DNA of 64,000 nt. It comes from Selaginella moellendorffii. Lineage: Eukaryota; Plantae; Lycopodiophyta. Of this stretch, positions 28,088 through 41,188 are shown piece after piece. A program made the translations under genes and the position numbers. The stretch is taken from NCBI RefSeq assembly GCF_000143415.4, contig NW_003314383.1, positions 328,145 through 392,144 on the forward strand, read 5' to 3'. Numbering within the stretch: the first letter of the stretch is position 1; each line of letters starts with the position of its first letter. Under the pieces are notes generated by a model. The model was given only the letters and a program-made list of their open reading frames with translations. It searched no databases and had not been told where the DNA came from.

Positions 28088-31000
28088 ATGGGGCAGCGCC
28101 TGGGAAAGCCGGAATCGTCCAGGAGGCCGCCTCCCAAGCCCAAGAAGGTGATGCACAGGGACAATCGGACCTTCCGGGCCGAGGATTTCTCCGGCATTGT
28201 CCGAATCCATTTGGCAGAGGTGAGTGTATCGATTGCTCTTCTCAGTGTTTCTTCTTTCACTTTTCCCCTTTTTGGTGCTTTTAGGCGGAAATGCAACGAA
28301 GAGCAAAGTGGTTTGCCTGTGTTTCTATCGGAGAGCAGGCGTTTAGGACATCAACGTCTCCCAGGTTACGGTTTGCTCCTCCTTCGCATTTTCCAAGTTT
28401 CTTTTCCTGATGCTGTGATGTGTGACAAAAATTGTTATGCAGCACAGACAATCCCCAATGGAAATCTGTAAGTGCTTTTTGGTTGTGGACTGCTGCTTTG
28501 TACTATTTTCGCTTTGTTCCAGGAAAAGAAAGTAGCACTAGAGCAAAATGGTCCTCGCATCACCCGGATCTCGGTTTTTGAGGTGATTTCGTTTTGTTTA
28601 GAGCTAGAACTTACGGTGTTAACAGGTGCATAAGCTCGCGAAAAACACCCTCGTTGGTTACTGCGAAATCGATCTGTCCCTTGTGCTTCGCCCAGTAAGT
28701 CTTGTTTTTTTTCCGTTTCGTGCTTTGCTGAACTGCGGCTCAGGATGAAGAAAATTCTGAGATGCTTTATCTGTTTGATCCAAGTACAAAGACGAAAACT
28801 GTCGGTCACATCACTGTGGAGTACAGGATTGAGGTATAAGCTGCTGTTTCGGACAACTGCCTGCCTAAGCTGTTTTTTCTCGTAGAGTCAAATGGAAACA
28901 GAGCGAAGCTTTGCGAGGCGTCTGCTTGCAATAGTGGTACGTTACAAATTTCTTTTAGATGCACACACCTTCAACTTTAGTGCAGGACTTTGATGAAAAT
29001 GGCGAGTTATCGCTGGACGAGTTTCATGATTTGATCAAATCCTTTGGGAACAGAATGTCTGACGAGGAGGTAACATTTTTCTGCGTTTTTCTATCACCTC
29101 TATAAACTATTCATTGTTGATTTGTAGCTTTCCAACTTGTTTTTGCAAGCTGACGAGAATAAGGATGGAAAAGTCAGTGCCGACGAGCTTGCCCAATTAC
29201 TTGCCACGCACAAGGAAAGGTAATTATAACACGGATTGCGTTCCTTTTACTGGTGACAGTTTTACGTTTGACAGAACTATTTGGGTTAAGCAGTGTCCTG
29301 TATGTGGTGATAATCTTGGAGTTGTAGACAACCTGAACGGCATGATTCACATGAGCCTTTGTTTTGACGAAGGCACTGGTTTGGAAATTATGAGAGGAGG
29401 TTTTATAACGGAAAAGCAGGCTTCATATGGGTATATTTGTGGTTCGCGTTTAGTTACAGGCACTGAAAATGTTTTTTTTTTTCATCATTACAGGTGGATG
29501 TTCAAATTCAGCGAGTGGGCAAATCTTTCCACGTACGACGTTGGTCTGAAGAAAGGCTCTAATGTTGCCCACATTCTTGTATGCCTGCTCTTTCTTGGTT
29601 CTAATTTCTAGGGACTCAAGAGAATTATGCCAGGTATTCGATCGAAGGTCTAAGAGAATGATCGAAGAGGTTATTGACAAAAAAATAGCCTTGGCGATGC
29701 GTGCAATTTATCAGTCGAAACTCGGATTAGCTCTTCTCGATGCTGGTAAAGCTACAGTAATTTTTTCTCTTTGTCTTACATTATTTTTAATTTGCATTGT
29801 GCTTTGTGTGCCAGGAACAAAAAGTTTTCTAATACGGCTGTCAGAAAAGCACGGAAGGAAAATGGATTCTCCTCAATCAGCGGCTGCTATTCCCAAGTTC
29901 ATTGAATTTTTTCATGTAAGCGGACACATTGCTTGTGTTTCTTGCAGTTGTTAATGTGAGCTGACCAAACAGGACAGGATTGATGTTGACGAGTTCAAGC
30001 ATCCCGTTGAACACTACAAGGTTTGGTTGTCACCTAAGCGAACTTGAGCCACACAAGCATTTATTTACAGACTTTCAACGAGTTTTTCATCAGAGAACTT
30101 CGGCCCGGATCACGACCCATTGCACAAGAAAACAATGACGCTGTTGCAGTGTGTGGTGCTGATTGCCGTTTGATGGTGTTCGAGAACGCTGATGCAGCCA
30201 CGCGTTTTTGGATCAAGGTTTAAGAGAAACGAAGGAGTTGCTACGACTGATACGTTTCTATTTACTAGGGGAGGCGATTTTCTGTACCTGGCCTTCTTGG
30301 GGACAAAGCATTGGCAAAGCAGTTCGAGGGCGGTCCTATCGCCATTTTTCGTTTGGCACCTCAGGTTCATCATATTTGTTACTTGCTGTAACAGTTAGCT
30401 TTTCCTCTACAGGATTATCATCGGTTTCACGTGCCAATTAGTGGAGTATTGGGGCCGCTAATTGATATACCGGGCCATCTATTAACGGTATGGCCTTTGT
30501 GAGGTGATGCATAAATTATTTCCTATCTTATACTTTTGCAGGTGAATCCTATTGCCGTGAATAGTCCGTATTGTAATGTTTTCACGGACAACAAGCGCGC
30601 TGTTTGCATCATTTCTAGTGAAGATTTTGGACAGGTATGCGATCTTCCCTTTGGTAAACCCTCTATTTAGAATTAAATGTAGGTGGCATTCGTGGCAATC
30701 GGAGCAACAATGGTGGGCAGCATTACGTTCACTAAAAAAGAAGGATCCGTCGTCAAGAAGGGCGACGAGGTATGAAAAAATAAAACAAGAAGTCGACGAG
30801 TTTCCTCACTGGTCCTGGCACAGCTCGGATACTTTTCTTTCGGGGGAAGTACGTGCATTTGCGTCTTCCGCGCGGTACGTGTCATGACTGGCAAGCCTTC
30901 CCATCCTCTTGAGGAGCTGACGAGCTGTGTGCTTTCCATGCAGGGAGCGATTGACATTGACAAGGATCTCCTCGCCAACAGCGAGAGGTCGCTGGAGACC

Positions 31001-31255
31001 CTGGTCTCGGTGGGGATGACTTTGGGAGTCTCTCGCAAGCTAGTGGGCGACCAGGCGTTTGAAAAGTCCCGGCCGACGATCAGAGACAGCGTCGTGGCAC
31101 TGGACAACGAAGTCTCAAAGAAGGGAATTCAGGCGTCCATGAGCTTCAACGTACGCCAGGGGCAACTGGGACTCATCAACGAGGCAGACGAGGCAGAGGC
31201 GACGCTGGAGGAGGACGCAGACGAGGACGAAGAGAATAACGACGCCACCACCTAA
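28088..31255 (+). CDS. PSD2: Phosphatidylserine decarboxylase proenzyme (PSD2/PSD3 type; C2 + EF-hand + PSD), multi-exon
   Basis: MGQRLGK N-terminus; EF hands DFDENGELS and ADENKDGKVS; TFNEFFIRELRPGSRPIA; FRLAPQDYHRFH; IGATMVGSI; self-cleavage motif FSFGGST at ~30835-30853; stop at 31253-31255. Confidence 0.93.
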
Positions 31256-31999
31256 AAAGTAAGCCTGCAAGAGAATGAAATCGCAGTAGCTGCGATTTCC
31301 ACGTCTTCTATGGGAGAGAAAAGATACTCTGCTGTTTACTTGGTTCTAAAGTTTTTATCACGCAGGTCTTGCTCGAGAATCTCTCCGTAGTAATTCACAG
31401 CAAGTGTGCTTGGATCGAAATGTTACATAATTTGTGGCTCCTTGCGTCTCTCACGGCCTCGCTTTTGAGTGTGGTGTGCGGTCTTTGTTCGACAACGAAG
31501 GAACATCGAGATGATTTTTGGAGCGTAACTTTGTGACTGGAGAAAAGCGCCAAATGTGGATGAAATCTTTTATTCATTCTGTGGCTTAAAAAGAGCTCGC
31601 TTGGTCCACAGGAAGAAATGACACGATCATGACGCAAAAATTAAACGCAATTTTTGGTGGAAACAACAAGCTTTTAGATTCTCTTGAAAGAAGACGATCG
31701 CCCAAAAGACGATGACTCCCAGCCAATGTTTGTGACAAGTTCAAGCTCCTCGATCTGCTCAAAACAAACAAGAACAAGAACATAGTACGGAAAGGGGTTT
31801 TCTTTAAACTTCACTGCTGCTTTTCCACCATGTGGACGACAACATTTTTATTCTGGTCAAACATGAGAATCCTGTTCGCAGAAATCCTATAAAAATATAT
31901 TGTATAACACATAGCGAAACGTATAGCACTACATTACGATGTAGCCATCCTTTTCTTCTCTCGCATTGTTTTCTTCTTTTTATCATTTTTATCCGGCAT

Positions 32000-34092
32000 T
32001 CAAGCCCCATTGGGAGCAGTAGCAGCACTGGGCCAAGGAGATGACCCGTGACCATTTGCAGCGGCAGCTCCTTTGAAGGGCTCGGCTTGAGACGATCGTC
32101 TGGACTTGTTTCGTAAGTAGACGACCCAGGTGACCACCTCCAAGATTACGCTCAGCGCAGCCAGCGATGAGATCACTCCAATGTAGGTGCGCTTCCACTT
32201 CCGATCCGGCTGCAGGAGATCAAAGCCCTCGAAGATGTTGACGATGATCATGGCGATGGTGGCGTAGCCCAGCGTGTGGTGGTAGATGTTCCAGAATTTC
32301 CGCACCTTGTGCTCCTTTTTGGGCCGCAAAAGAAGCGACAGGACCTGTAGACGCACGCAGAGGCGGTTCCATCAGGAAAAGAGGCGAATCATGCAGCCGT
32401 GGAGTGAAACTCAAGCAAAACCGTGCCAAGAGATTGAGAAAGGCAGTACAAAAGTCGAAACGTGGCAATCCAGAGGAGAATTATGAGAGCTTACTTGCAA
32501 CGTCGAGAAGACGAAGATGGCGATGCCGAGATTCCGGTGCTTGCAGCGCACTGTAGCGGCGTAAGTCGCGAGCTTGAGTCCCGTGGCCCAGCCGACAACG
32601 CCCAGAACGTAGCCGGAGCTCTGGAAGAAAGCGTGCATGTAAAACCATGCTGGGTCCGCGCACTGGAAAACTTTCAAGTATCGAGCTGACATGACTCCCA
32701 GTGGCAGGAGCAATCCCCATCCCACTGCATTGATAATCCCGTGCCTCTGCGAAGACCAGTGAGAACACAAAATTATGACTATCGAAGAAAAAAAAGGTGG
32801 TGGAACAGTTTGTTCCGTCCTAGATGACACTTAAAGAGCGAAGAAAAAGATGGTTTCTCCTTCTCGAAGAACGCTGGTGGTGGCGAATGCACGGATTTAT
32901 AAAAGCTGCCTACTGTTGGAGGAAACAAACAGAGGATGTTCACGGGCCAATATTCGATCGACAAGGAAAAAGAAGGAAAGGAGGAAAAGCTGAATCGATT
33001 CCCTCGATGGTACGCGAGAGAGTGAGCTTCATGGCAACGGTGGAAGAAGCTCCATCGAGAAAGCGAAAGGACAGAGAGAAAGAAGAGTAAAAGAGACTGT
33101 AGCACAGGCTTATGCTCTACTGCTGCTGATTGACGGTCACAAGCACTAGATTTAGGCGAGAACATGAAACGAGGGCCCGCATTGATTTCTCACTCGGTGG
33201 CCGAAAGCAAAAGCAGCACGGCCATGGATTCTCTGATTGCGCGATGCCCCACAAAACGAGAAAGGAGGAGCGAAAAAATGAGAAAAGAAAGAGAAGCCTG
33301 TGCTGAGCACTTTCCCGATCGCTGGGACGATCCGACACGGAGTATAATGACTACCCACGAGACCCAATGAAGCGATCCATCGACCCAAGTGCTCGATTTC
33401 TGGATTGACCACTAAAGATTTGAATGCCGATGCAAACAATCACCAAAAAGAAAACGAAGAAGAAGAAGTATACTTACGTTCTTGAGCTTCTGGTGGGGGA
33501 TGACGATCTCCGCGTTGCCGCTGGCAATGTTGATGCTGCCAGCGCTCTTGATGTCGTTCTTGGTGTCGTGCGGCAGCGGGCTCGATCCCTGCATCGCCGC
33601 TCCCCTGTTCCAGATGTGGTTGATCACGCTCCCGGCGCTGCCATTGCGCGGCAGCTGGATCCTCACGAACAGCTTCATCCGGTTGCCGCTAATGTCCACG
33701 GATTTGTCCAGCACCCGGATCCCAATCGGCCCGGGGGATGGGAGCTTGGTCATGAGATCCTGCGTGAGCTTGTAGGTGAGGATCATGGCAGTGCCATTGC
33801 TGGCCCGGAAGGCGAGGAAGACGTCGGCTCCCATCATCACTGGCGCTGGGCCGGTGTTGATCCCCCAGGCCACCCAGCCCGAGGAGCTCGGGGCAGTCCC
33901 AGTGAAGACGGCATCCAGAGTGTTTGAGGAGGAAGTGTGAGTCCAGGCCAGTGTGGCTCCTTGCTCCGCAAGATTCCTGCAAGCTCTGAAAGATCTCTGG
34001 CTGCTTCCAATCCTGTGGGAGAGAGGGCATTGAGCCGAGGCTGTAGAAGCCAGGATTGCAACCAGGAGGAGGAGGAGAAGCTTGAGCTCCAT
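32000..34092 (-). CDS. Cytochrome b561 and DOMON domain protein (AIR12/CYBDOM family), 3 exons
   Basis: Signal peptide; DOMON GWVAWGIN..MMGADVF; cyt b561 HGIINAVGWG, PAWFYMHAFFQ, HRNLGI, FWNIYHHTLGY. Confidence 0.93.
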
Positions 34093-34284
34093 AGCTATCC
34101 TCTCAAAACCACGAAAGTTCTTTCTCCAAGAGGGGAAAGGAGAAAAAGGGCTTTGCTAGCTTTTGGAGATCATATAGCTCGAAAACTTTAGAATGTGGCC
34201 TCTACTCTCGCTCTCTCCTCCTTAAAGGCTCCTCAAGAACAACCCTTACCAACCAAAACCAAACCCACAGACAAGCACAACAGA

Positions 34285-34475
34285 TTTTTCTCCTTTACTT
34301 TTCTCTCCCTCTCCTTCTTTCTCGATGTCTTTGAGATCAAATTCTATTTTTCCTCCTCTAGTTGGCTCTCGCTCGCCACAATTTCTCCTTTATTTTTCTC
34401 TCCCTCTCCTTCTTTCTCGATGTCTTTGAGATCAAATTCTATTTTTCCTCCTCTAGTTGGCTCTCGCTTGCCACA
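34285..34475. repeat. Tandem duplication of ~96 bp upstream of the CYBDOM gene
   Basis: tttctccttt..ctctccctctccttctttctcgatgtctttgagatcaaattctatttttcctc(c)tctagttggctctcgc..gccaca occurs at ~34285-34380 and ~34381-34475. Confidence 0.9.
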
Positions 34476-34789
34476 AACACACGCGGGTTATATAGCCATA
34501 CCATGCTTGGCCATGGTTGGCGCTGACGCAAGGGTGACGTACCCAGTTTTTGGATCCAATAGTGGCCGGCCAGTGTGAATACTTACGACGGTCAATGGTC
34601 GTGATTGACAGACCGTGGTCAATCCAGAGGGATTAGGTTACTTGTTTTTCTTGAAAACGGCAAGTCAATGCCGACCACATGAACAAATATTAATTTATTA
34701 CCTTTTATCAATTCATTCAGATAGAGATTGAATTTCTGTAAAAGAAAGTCCTCTGACGAATTCAAATAGAACCACTATTGAGCATGGGG

Positions 34790-35050
34790 ATTGGGAAGTG
34801 CAACAATGGAGCTTCTTTGATCGAATGCCTGATCCAGATACCATTTCCTGAATTATCATGCTCAAGACGCCTGGGTATCTTAAAGAGGCGAAGATCGTGT
34901 TTGATCGTATGGAAGGAACAACATCGCCTGGACTGCATCATTGCGGTCTATGTCTAGTCCGTGCACATTGTTGAGAGCGGCAAGGAACGTCGCATATGCC
35001 CGACAAAGCCATTTCTCAGATCGAGTTGCATTCGGAACGACCATATTGAT
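34790..35050 (+). pseudogene. PPR gene fragment
   Basis: FFDRMPDPDTIS*IIML and EAKIVFDRM..NIAWT motifs with frameshifts. Confidence 0.6.
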
Positions 35051-35789
35051 GCGATCAGCAGAATTTTGGCACAGGTGTTTCCAAGACTGATATCGAGCAA
35101 TAACAAAGATGGAGTCAACCGACGATGCTGCTATGCCCGCCAGCATCGTAGAGGAAGTCATCTCTCTAAAGGCTCGTTTTCAAATCCTTTTGATTTTCAG
35201 TAACTATATAAGACGCCACTCTTCTCCTTTTGATGAAGAAGCGCCTCTGTCCGTGCTGCTCAGTCAAGATGACAATTTGGAGATTCTGACCACATGCTCC
35301 GAAGTCATGGAAGTCTGTGCCAAACATTGGTGACTGCGGCCTAATTGCTTGGGCAATTTGAGGATGTATAACAGGCAAGCAACGACTTCAACGGTCCGTA
35401 GAGGCAACAGAAACTCCTTTGGCCCTGGTGGATACCGAAACTTTTCTGCTTTTGTTAAAGCAGTCCCTTGGTGAATAAATCTTTGCGCTCGCCCGAGATT
35501 GCCCTCTGCATGGATATAACGTTGGGGAAATAAACCAAAAACGTTATGTTGCGCAGGATCTGGGTAGTGCACTGCCGAGACTGTAGCCAAGCCAACCTTG
35601 TCATCAACCTTCCTCACGGTTGCCTCCAGCATACACTCAGCCGCTCGCAAAGTAGCACTGCCCATTGTGCTCCCACAGCCTTGTCGTGCACAAACCAGGG
35701 TGCGGCAACATCCAGTCACACCAATTTTTTTTTGGCAAACCAGCATCTCCAAGAAAGGAGCAAGCTGCTTCCTAAAGTGTCTTGTTGAC

Positions 35790-37465
35790 AAGCCGTGCCA
35801 TTCTGCTGTTGTGTGTTTGGTATAGAGTACTGACACGCAATCCCTTCATCATCACAAAGCTGATGAATTCTCTGGATGTATATTTATCACCACCATCATT
35901 GCGAAACTTCTTGAGCTTCTTTCCTGTTTGCAACTCTGCTTTGGTCTTGAAGAGCTTGAACTCACCAAACACCTCTGATTTACGAGAAAGAAACTTGATG
36001 ATGCGGGAAAAATTGTCCACAAAGTAAATTATATGCTCACTAGAAAGGGAGGGCATCATACACACATTCGAGCTCTAGAATCTCTATAGCTCTTACAACA
36101 ACACTAGTCTTTAAGGGAAACATGTGCTGCTTTGCAAGAATACACAGCTTACAAAACTTCAGCTTTTGTGAAGTGATGTGCAGACTAGCAACCATGCCTG
36201 AATGTATAAGCTTTTTGATGTCCTGATAGTGTGTCCAAGCTGTTGATGCCAGGTCTGGAGGTCAACAGGATGCTGGGATCCCACATAAAGAAGGGTTGAG
36301 TAGGGAATTCCAATTCTACATTGAGCCAGTAGAGACCAGCGTGATGCCTCCCACTAGCAATAACACTCTCATTCTTCAGAATCAAGCATTGCATAAGAGC
36401 TCCATGTTGCAATCAACGACCTTACCAACCGAGAAGAGGGATTTCTTGATGCCAGGGACATGCTATGGCAGCCACAACCTTCCCATAAGTAAAGGGGACT
36501 TTGATGGTGCCTATGCCACACATGCTGTGGGAGTAGTCATCACTATGCTTACCCTCTGGAATCACGTCCAAGCAACTGAAGAGTTCCTGGATGTGTGTTG
36601 GCGCTACTGTCAAGCCAAAAAGCTCTCATTGATTGGGAAACTCAAGCTTAGAGTCTGTAGTTGCAAGGGCCTGGAGATCAATGTTTGAAGTCATGAACAA
36701 GCTGTCACCATTTTGAGCATTGTCATCTGCCCGAGCATAGTTCACTGCCTGCCTTTATGGATTTCTTTAGCTGGCTTGGTTGCTTCTATGCAGTCATGTG
36801 CAAAGTGGCCAGGTTTTTTGCAGATATTACACAAGCCATTATTCTTGCACTTCTTGTCCTTCTTTTTCTTGTGGTTCTACCCATTGCGCTTACGATCCTT
36901 GGGCTACACCCTCCTGGTGCAGCCCGAGCATGTGCCAGACAGAGACTTTGGCTGAAGAGTTCGCAAACATGGCAAGATTGGAAGGAATGTCTTCAACCGA
37001 TTGGGACAGCAATGGGCAAGCATGTTAGTGACCACCCATTGGTGGGTGCTTAAAGAGCTGACAATATCTTGGACCACCAAATTTGGTCTTAAGCTGATAC
37101 AGCTTTCAAATTACTCACAAATGCTCATGTGTTGCATTTTCCAATCCTTGACACCATCTGGGGCCTAACAAAGCTCAAAGATCTCCTGAGATTCTTCTCC
37201 ATGTAAAAGTGCTCCATCAGCCAAGGAAATCCTTCCCATCGAACACTTTGAGCAAGTCTTTGTTAGGAACCATTCCACCATGATGAACTAGAGAAAGAAG
37301 ACAAAGAACACACACATGATATCCCCATAGTTCCCCTTGCACATACTAAAGAAACAAAGTTACATATATGACCTGCTGGCCAACTGCTTACCAGCTAACT
37401 GCCTCTCTAGAGGGCTCTAGAAGACTCTCAAACGTTCTGGAGAGCTTCCTAGAATATCCACAACA
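35790..37465 (-). mobile_element. Truncated Ty1/copia element (possible ~205-bp LTR at 37261-37465, gag Zn knuckle, pre-integrase, integrase N-half)
   Basis: CNICKKPGHFAHDC at ~36785-36830; WHQQLGH at ~36232-36253; FVDNFSR..FLSRKSEVFGEFKLFK..LKKFRNDGGDKY; TGTT...AACA ends at 37261/37465. No clear PBS. Confidence 0.75.
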
Positions 37466-37849
37466 TGGGATATCCTAAAAGTGTGCAGCCTGAGGATTAC
37501 AACAGGCCTGAAACACAAGGCTGGAGATGGAAATCCTGCACTGTGTGTGCTGCGCCCTGGTTTGAGCTTCAATGGCCAGCACTACTTTGCAAGCGGCTAT
37601 GCCTGAGGAAGGGGCGCGTGGAAGGTTACAGTCTTAGAATTGCACTACCAAGATCCTGCACATCATATCGTCTCCGGTTTGTTTCCCCGTCGTTCTATCC
37701 ATGCAGAGGGCAATTTGGTCATCTTTGCGGAGTCAGGGCGAGGGGTTTATTACTTGAACACAATTTGCCAAGGGACTGCATTATCGGCCACACTTAAAAG
37801 CGGAAAAGTGCACACCGCCATCCAAATCCTCACGTTTGCTGCTTCTTAA

Positions 37850-38800
37850 AACACCCAATCTCCTGGATTAGCAAACCGGATCAAGGAGGCTCAAATACCT
37901 CTTTTCTCCATCATCTCAAAGAGCTCGAGAGGAAAGTCGCTTGCACCGCTGTTCTTGCATCCTCTCGAACGATTCAGGCAGTGTATTCTTGATGGCTGTT
38001 TCCTAATCAGTGCGTTCCAAGTTACCGGGACTCTCCTCCCCACGGGAGTTCGCTCAGATTCCACCATGCTGCCGTGGAGAGAAGTTTACCACAGATTTGC
38101 AGCATCCGGAACTCTGGTGGACTTCTCCCAGTAGTTCCACCTTGATCCTGTCGAAAGCTCAGCAAACTCGATGTTCCCACACTTTACGTATGGGTCCACC
38201 AGGCTACTCGCCACGAAAATGTCTTGGTCAAGTCCAGATTTTGCAGCTCGAGAGTGTATACATTTCACTCTCTCGAAACAACAAGCCTTGTTAGCTTTCC
38301 TTTCCACCTTTGCTACCACGCTCGAACAGGCTTTTAGTGCTGCGAGATAAGTCATGCGATCTGGACTCCAGCCTTCTTGCATTCTCCAAAACAACTAAAA
38401 AAAGATTATTATGTTTTGATTTGAAAGTGGCTTTAAGATCAGTAGTGCAGCATCACCCTGGCATAACTTTGAATCAGTGCACTCAAGGAAGCTACCTCCA
38501 ACTTACAACTGCACCTCATTGCCTGCGATTGATATGCCATGCCTTGCTCGAAGCAAGTAATTTTCACATCTTTCCATGGATTTCCTATACACCGTCTGTT
38601 GTATTTGCTGTAGATTTCACGCAAGCTTTCAATGCCACAAGGAAAGAAGCTCGATTCGGCATGAAGCCTTCACTTTTTGTCCCGAAACCCATCCCACCTT
38701 CACCATTCACACATTCCAGAATTAGGCTGGACTATCAAAGACAAGCTTCCACAACCAGCGTACGTAGCAATCAGCGTGTTGGCAACTGAAGAACCAAATA
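37850..38800 (-). pseudogene. PLS-class PPR pseudogene
   Basis: PDRMTYLAALKACS, IHSRAAKSGLDQDIFVASSLVDPYVKCG, ALIQSYAR; broken frames. Confidence 0.75.
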
Positions 38801-40549
38801 CACACCCAGCTTGAGCAGCCAAAAGAGTGTACTGCTAAGACCTTCTCCAGGCACTGAACTAGCTGGTCCCATCTATCTTTTTGCCTTTCTCCTTCTTGAA
38901 GAGGATTTCCCTTTTAAGGGTTTTTCAAATTCCTAAAAAAATGAATATTCTTTTTATATGCTTTGCAATAAATATAAATATTAAGTGTGAGGTCCAAGTG
39001 TATAGCTATGATACCGTATATTAATATTAGCATTGGGATTTTGGTAGTTGTTGGATTGGTTTCAACGTAAACCATTCACTACTGTACATAAATTAAAGTT
39101 TTTGGGTTAATTGATATGCACATTTTTTATATTCCCTTTATATACATTAGTGGAGATGAAAGGCACTTTTGATTATCCCTGAGGAGTGGTTGGATTTGGG
39201 ATTTTGGTTTAGATCTAGCTTTTGCATTGTCTAGGTCTAGCTTTTTTCATTTCATTTCTTTTGTTTTTTCTTTTTAGGATTTTAGTTTAAATCTAACTTT
39301 TGCATTATTTAGATCTCTTTTTTTTAAATTTTTTTTTTTCATGTTTCTTCTTTTGCTTTTCCTTTTTCATTCATCTTTATGGCAGAGTAGCAGTCTCCTC
39401 TTACTTTGACTCTTGAGCAGCAGTTGGTGCAATTGCTTGATGTTATGCAATTATAATTAAACAACCAAACTCAATTGATGGGGGCATTCACGGCATGTGG
39501 TATAACTCTTCCTGCTCTTGGTGTCAATCCTCACATTTGGCCAGAATTCTTTCATGGGAATTTTGGGGATGATATGTACTATTGGTTTGATCATTTCACA
39601 GTGATTGCCACATATCATTCTTGGGATGATGTTTGATGTTTGTGTGAGTTTCCCATGTGTTTCCAAGGGATGGCATTGTAGTAGTATTGATTAGTTTTTC
39701 AAGTTTTATTATTTGTGGTCATATACATAAGCTCTTATTGTTGCCCATCCATAAACACAATAACTAAAGTCAAAATATACCTAAGATTCCTTCTTGCATT
39801 TGTCAAACCAAGTCAACTCCACTACTTAGTCCTTTGGTGGATATCTTCATCATGTAACAATGTTAGTTGTTGTCATTGTTTACTTGGAATAAACCTTCAA
39901 AACAATAATTTTTATGTGTTTTATGAGGAATTAAATATTGCTTATTTCATCCTTGTCAAGCCTAAATTCTCTTTGAACTTTATACAACCAATGCTTTAGC
40001 CTAAAATTGTTGCATTTGATTAATGGAAGCTATTATCTTTTGATATTTATCTTCTGTCATCCTTGATATCCCCCATGTATATGAATAAATCTTGAATTTG
40101 ATGCTTTGTTACGTATTCATTATCCTTGTCAAATTTAGTAAAGAATTCTTTGGCAACAACTTCCTTTATGATCATATGCATGACTAACCTAGGACCTTTC
40201 AATTTACTAGCCTTTTCCTCCACCATTGTATGTAGATTCTGTTACTCTCACCTACTCTTTCGGATTGGGATGTCATGGTTGTGGAAATGATGCCTTGTGA
40301 AGTTGGTATCATTTAGGCAATTGTTTGCAATATAAGCATTTCAACAATCTTTTATCCCCCTTTTTCCTTGAAGAGTCGTTGCCCTACCATTGAACTCTAG
40401 CCTTCTCAGCTAATGTTGTAGCAATGCTTTCAATCCAATCTCATTTTTTGGGTGTCTCTATTGTTTGAAAGAAATTACAAAAAGAGTTATCACATTTAAT
40501 CATTCTAACACATTAGAAAGACATATTTTGGCAAATTCTTAATCATTGT

Positions 40550-41188
40550 TGTAAGGAACCAACTCCCCGAGGTGTCATAGGGTAAAAGGATCTCTGAAAG
40601 CACGACCGAAATGATAAAGAGTTCATTGGATGGAACCGAGTATGAGATCGAGTCCAAGACCGACTCTAAGACCGAGTTTGAGATAGAGTTCGGGATCGAG
40701 TCTGAGGCCAACTCCGAGACCGAGTTCGAGACCGAGTTTAAGACGGAGTCCAAGATCTGAGATTGGGTCTGAGACCGAGTCCAAGGTCGAGTCCGAGGTC
40801 GAGTTCAAGATCAAGTTTGAGGTTGAGTCCGAGATCGAGTTCGAGACTAAGTCCGAGGTCGGGTTTGAGATCGAGTTCGAGGTCGAGTCTGAGACCAAGT
40901 TCGACTACTAATACAGGTCAAGGGGTGAAAGCCCAAAGCATGTGTCTCCTGGGGGGGGGGGCTGTAGAGGGTTCCAAAAGTATAGTAGGGATAGTGAAGT
41001 CCAGGAACTAGTCTTGAAGGAACTCTCCAATGGTACTTCCAAACTGACTTAAGGTTGAGACTGGGGCCAAGGGGCGTTGGGTGGGAGTGAGCATGGACTT
41101 AGGTGGTGCCAGAGGGGCCACCCAAGGAAGTGGTCACGAGCAGCTCCCACTCTCGGAAGGGAAACCGACTGCAGTGCTTCCAGCTCAT
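40550..41188 (+). repeat. 5' LTR, left part (contains a 6/12-bp GAGTCC/GAGACC tandem array ~40636-40905)
   Basis: Near identity to 62641-62741; interrupted at 41189 by the TIR element. Confidence 0.9.
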
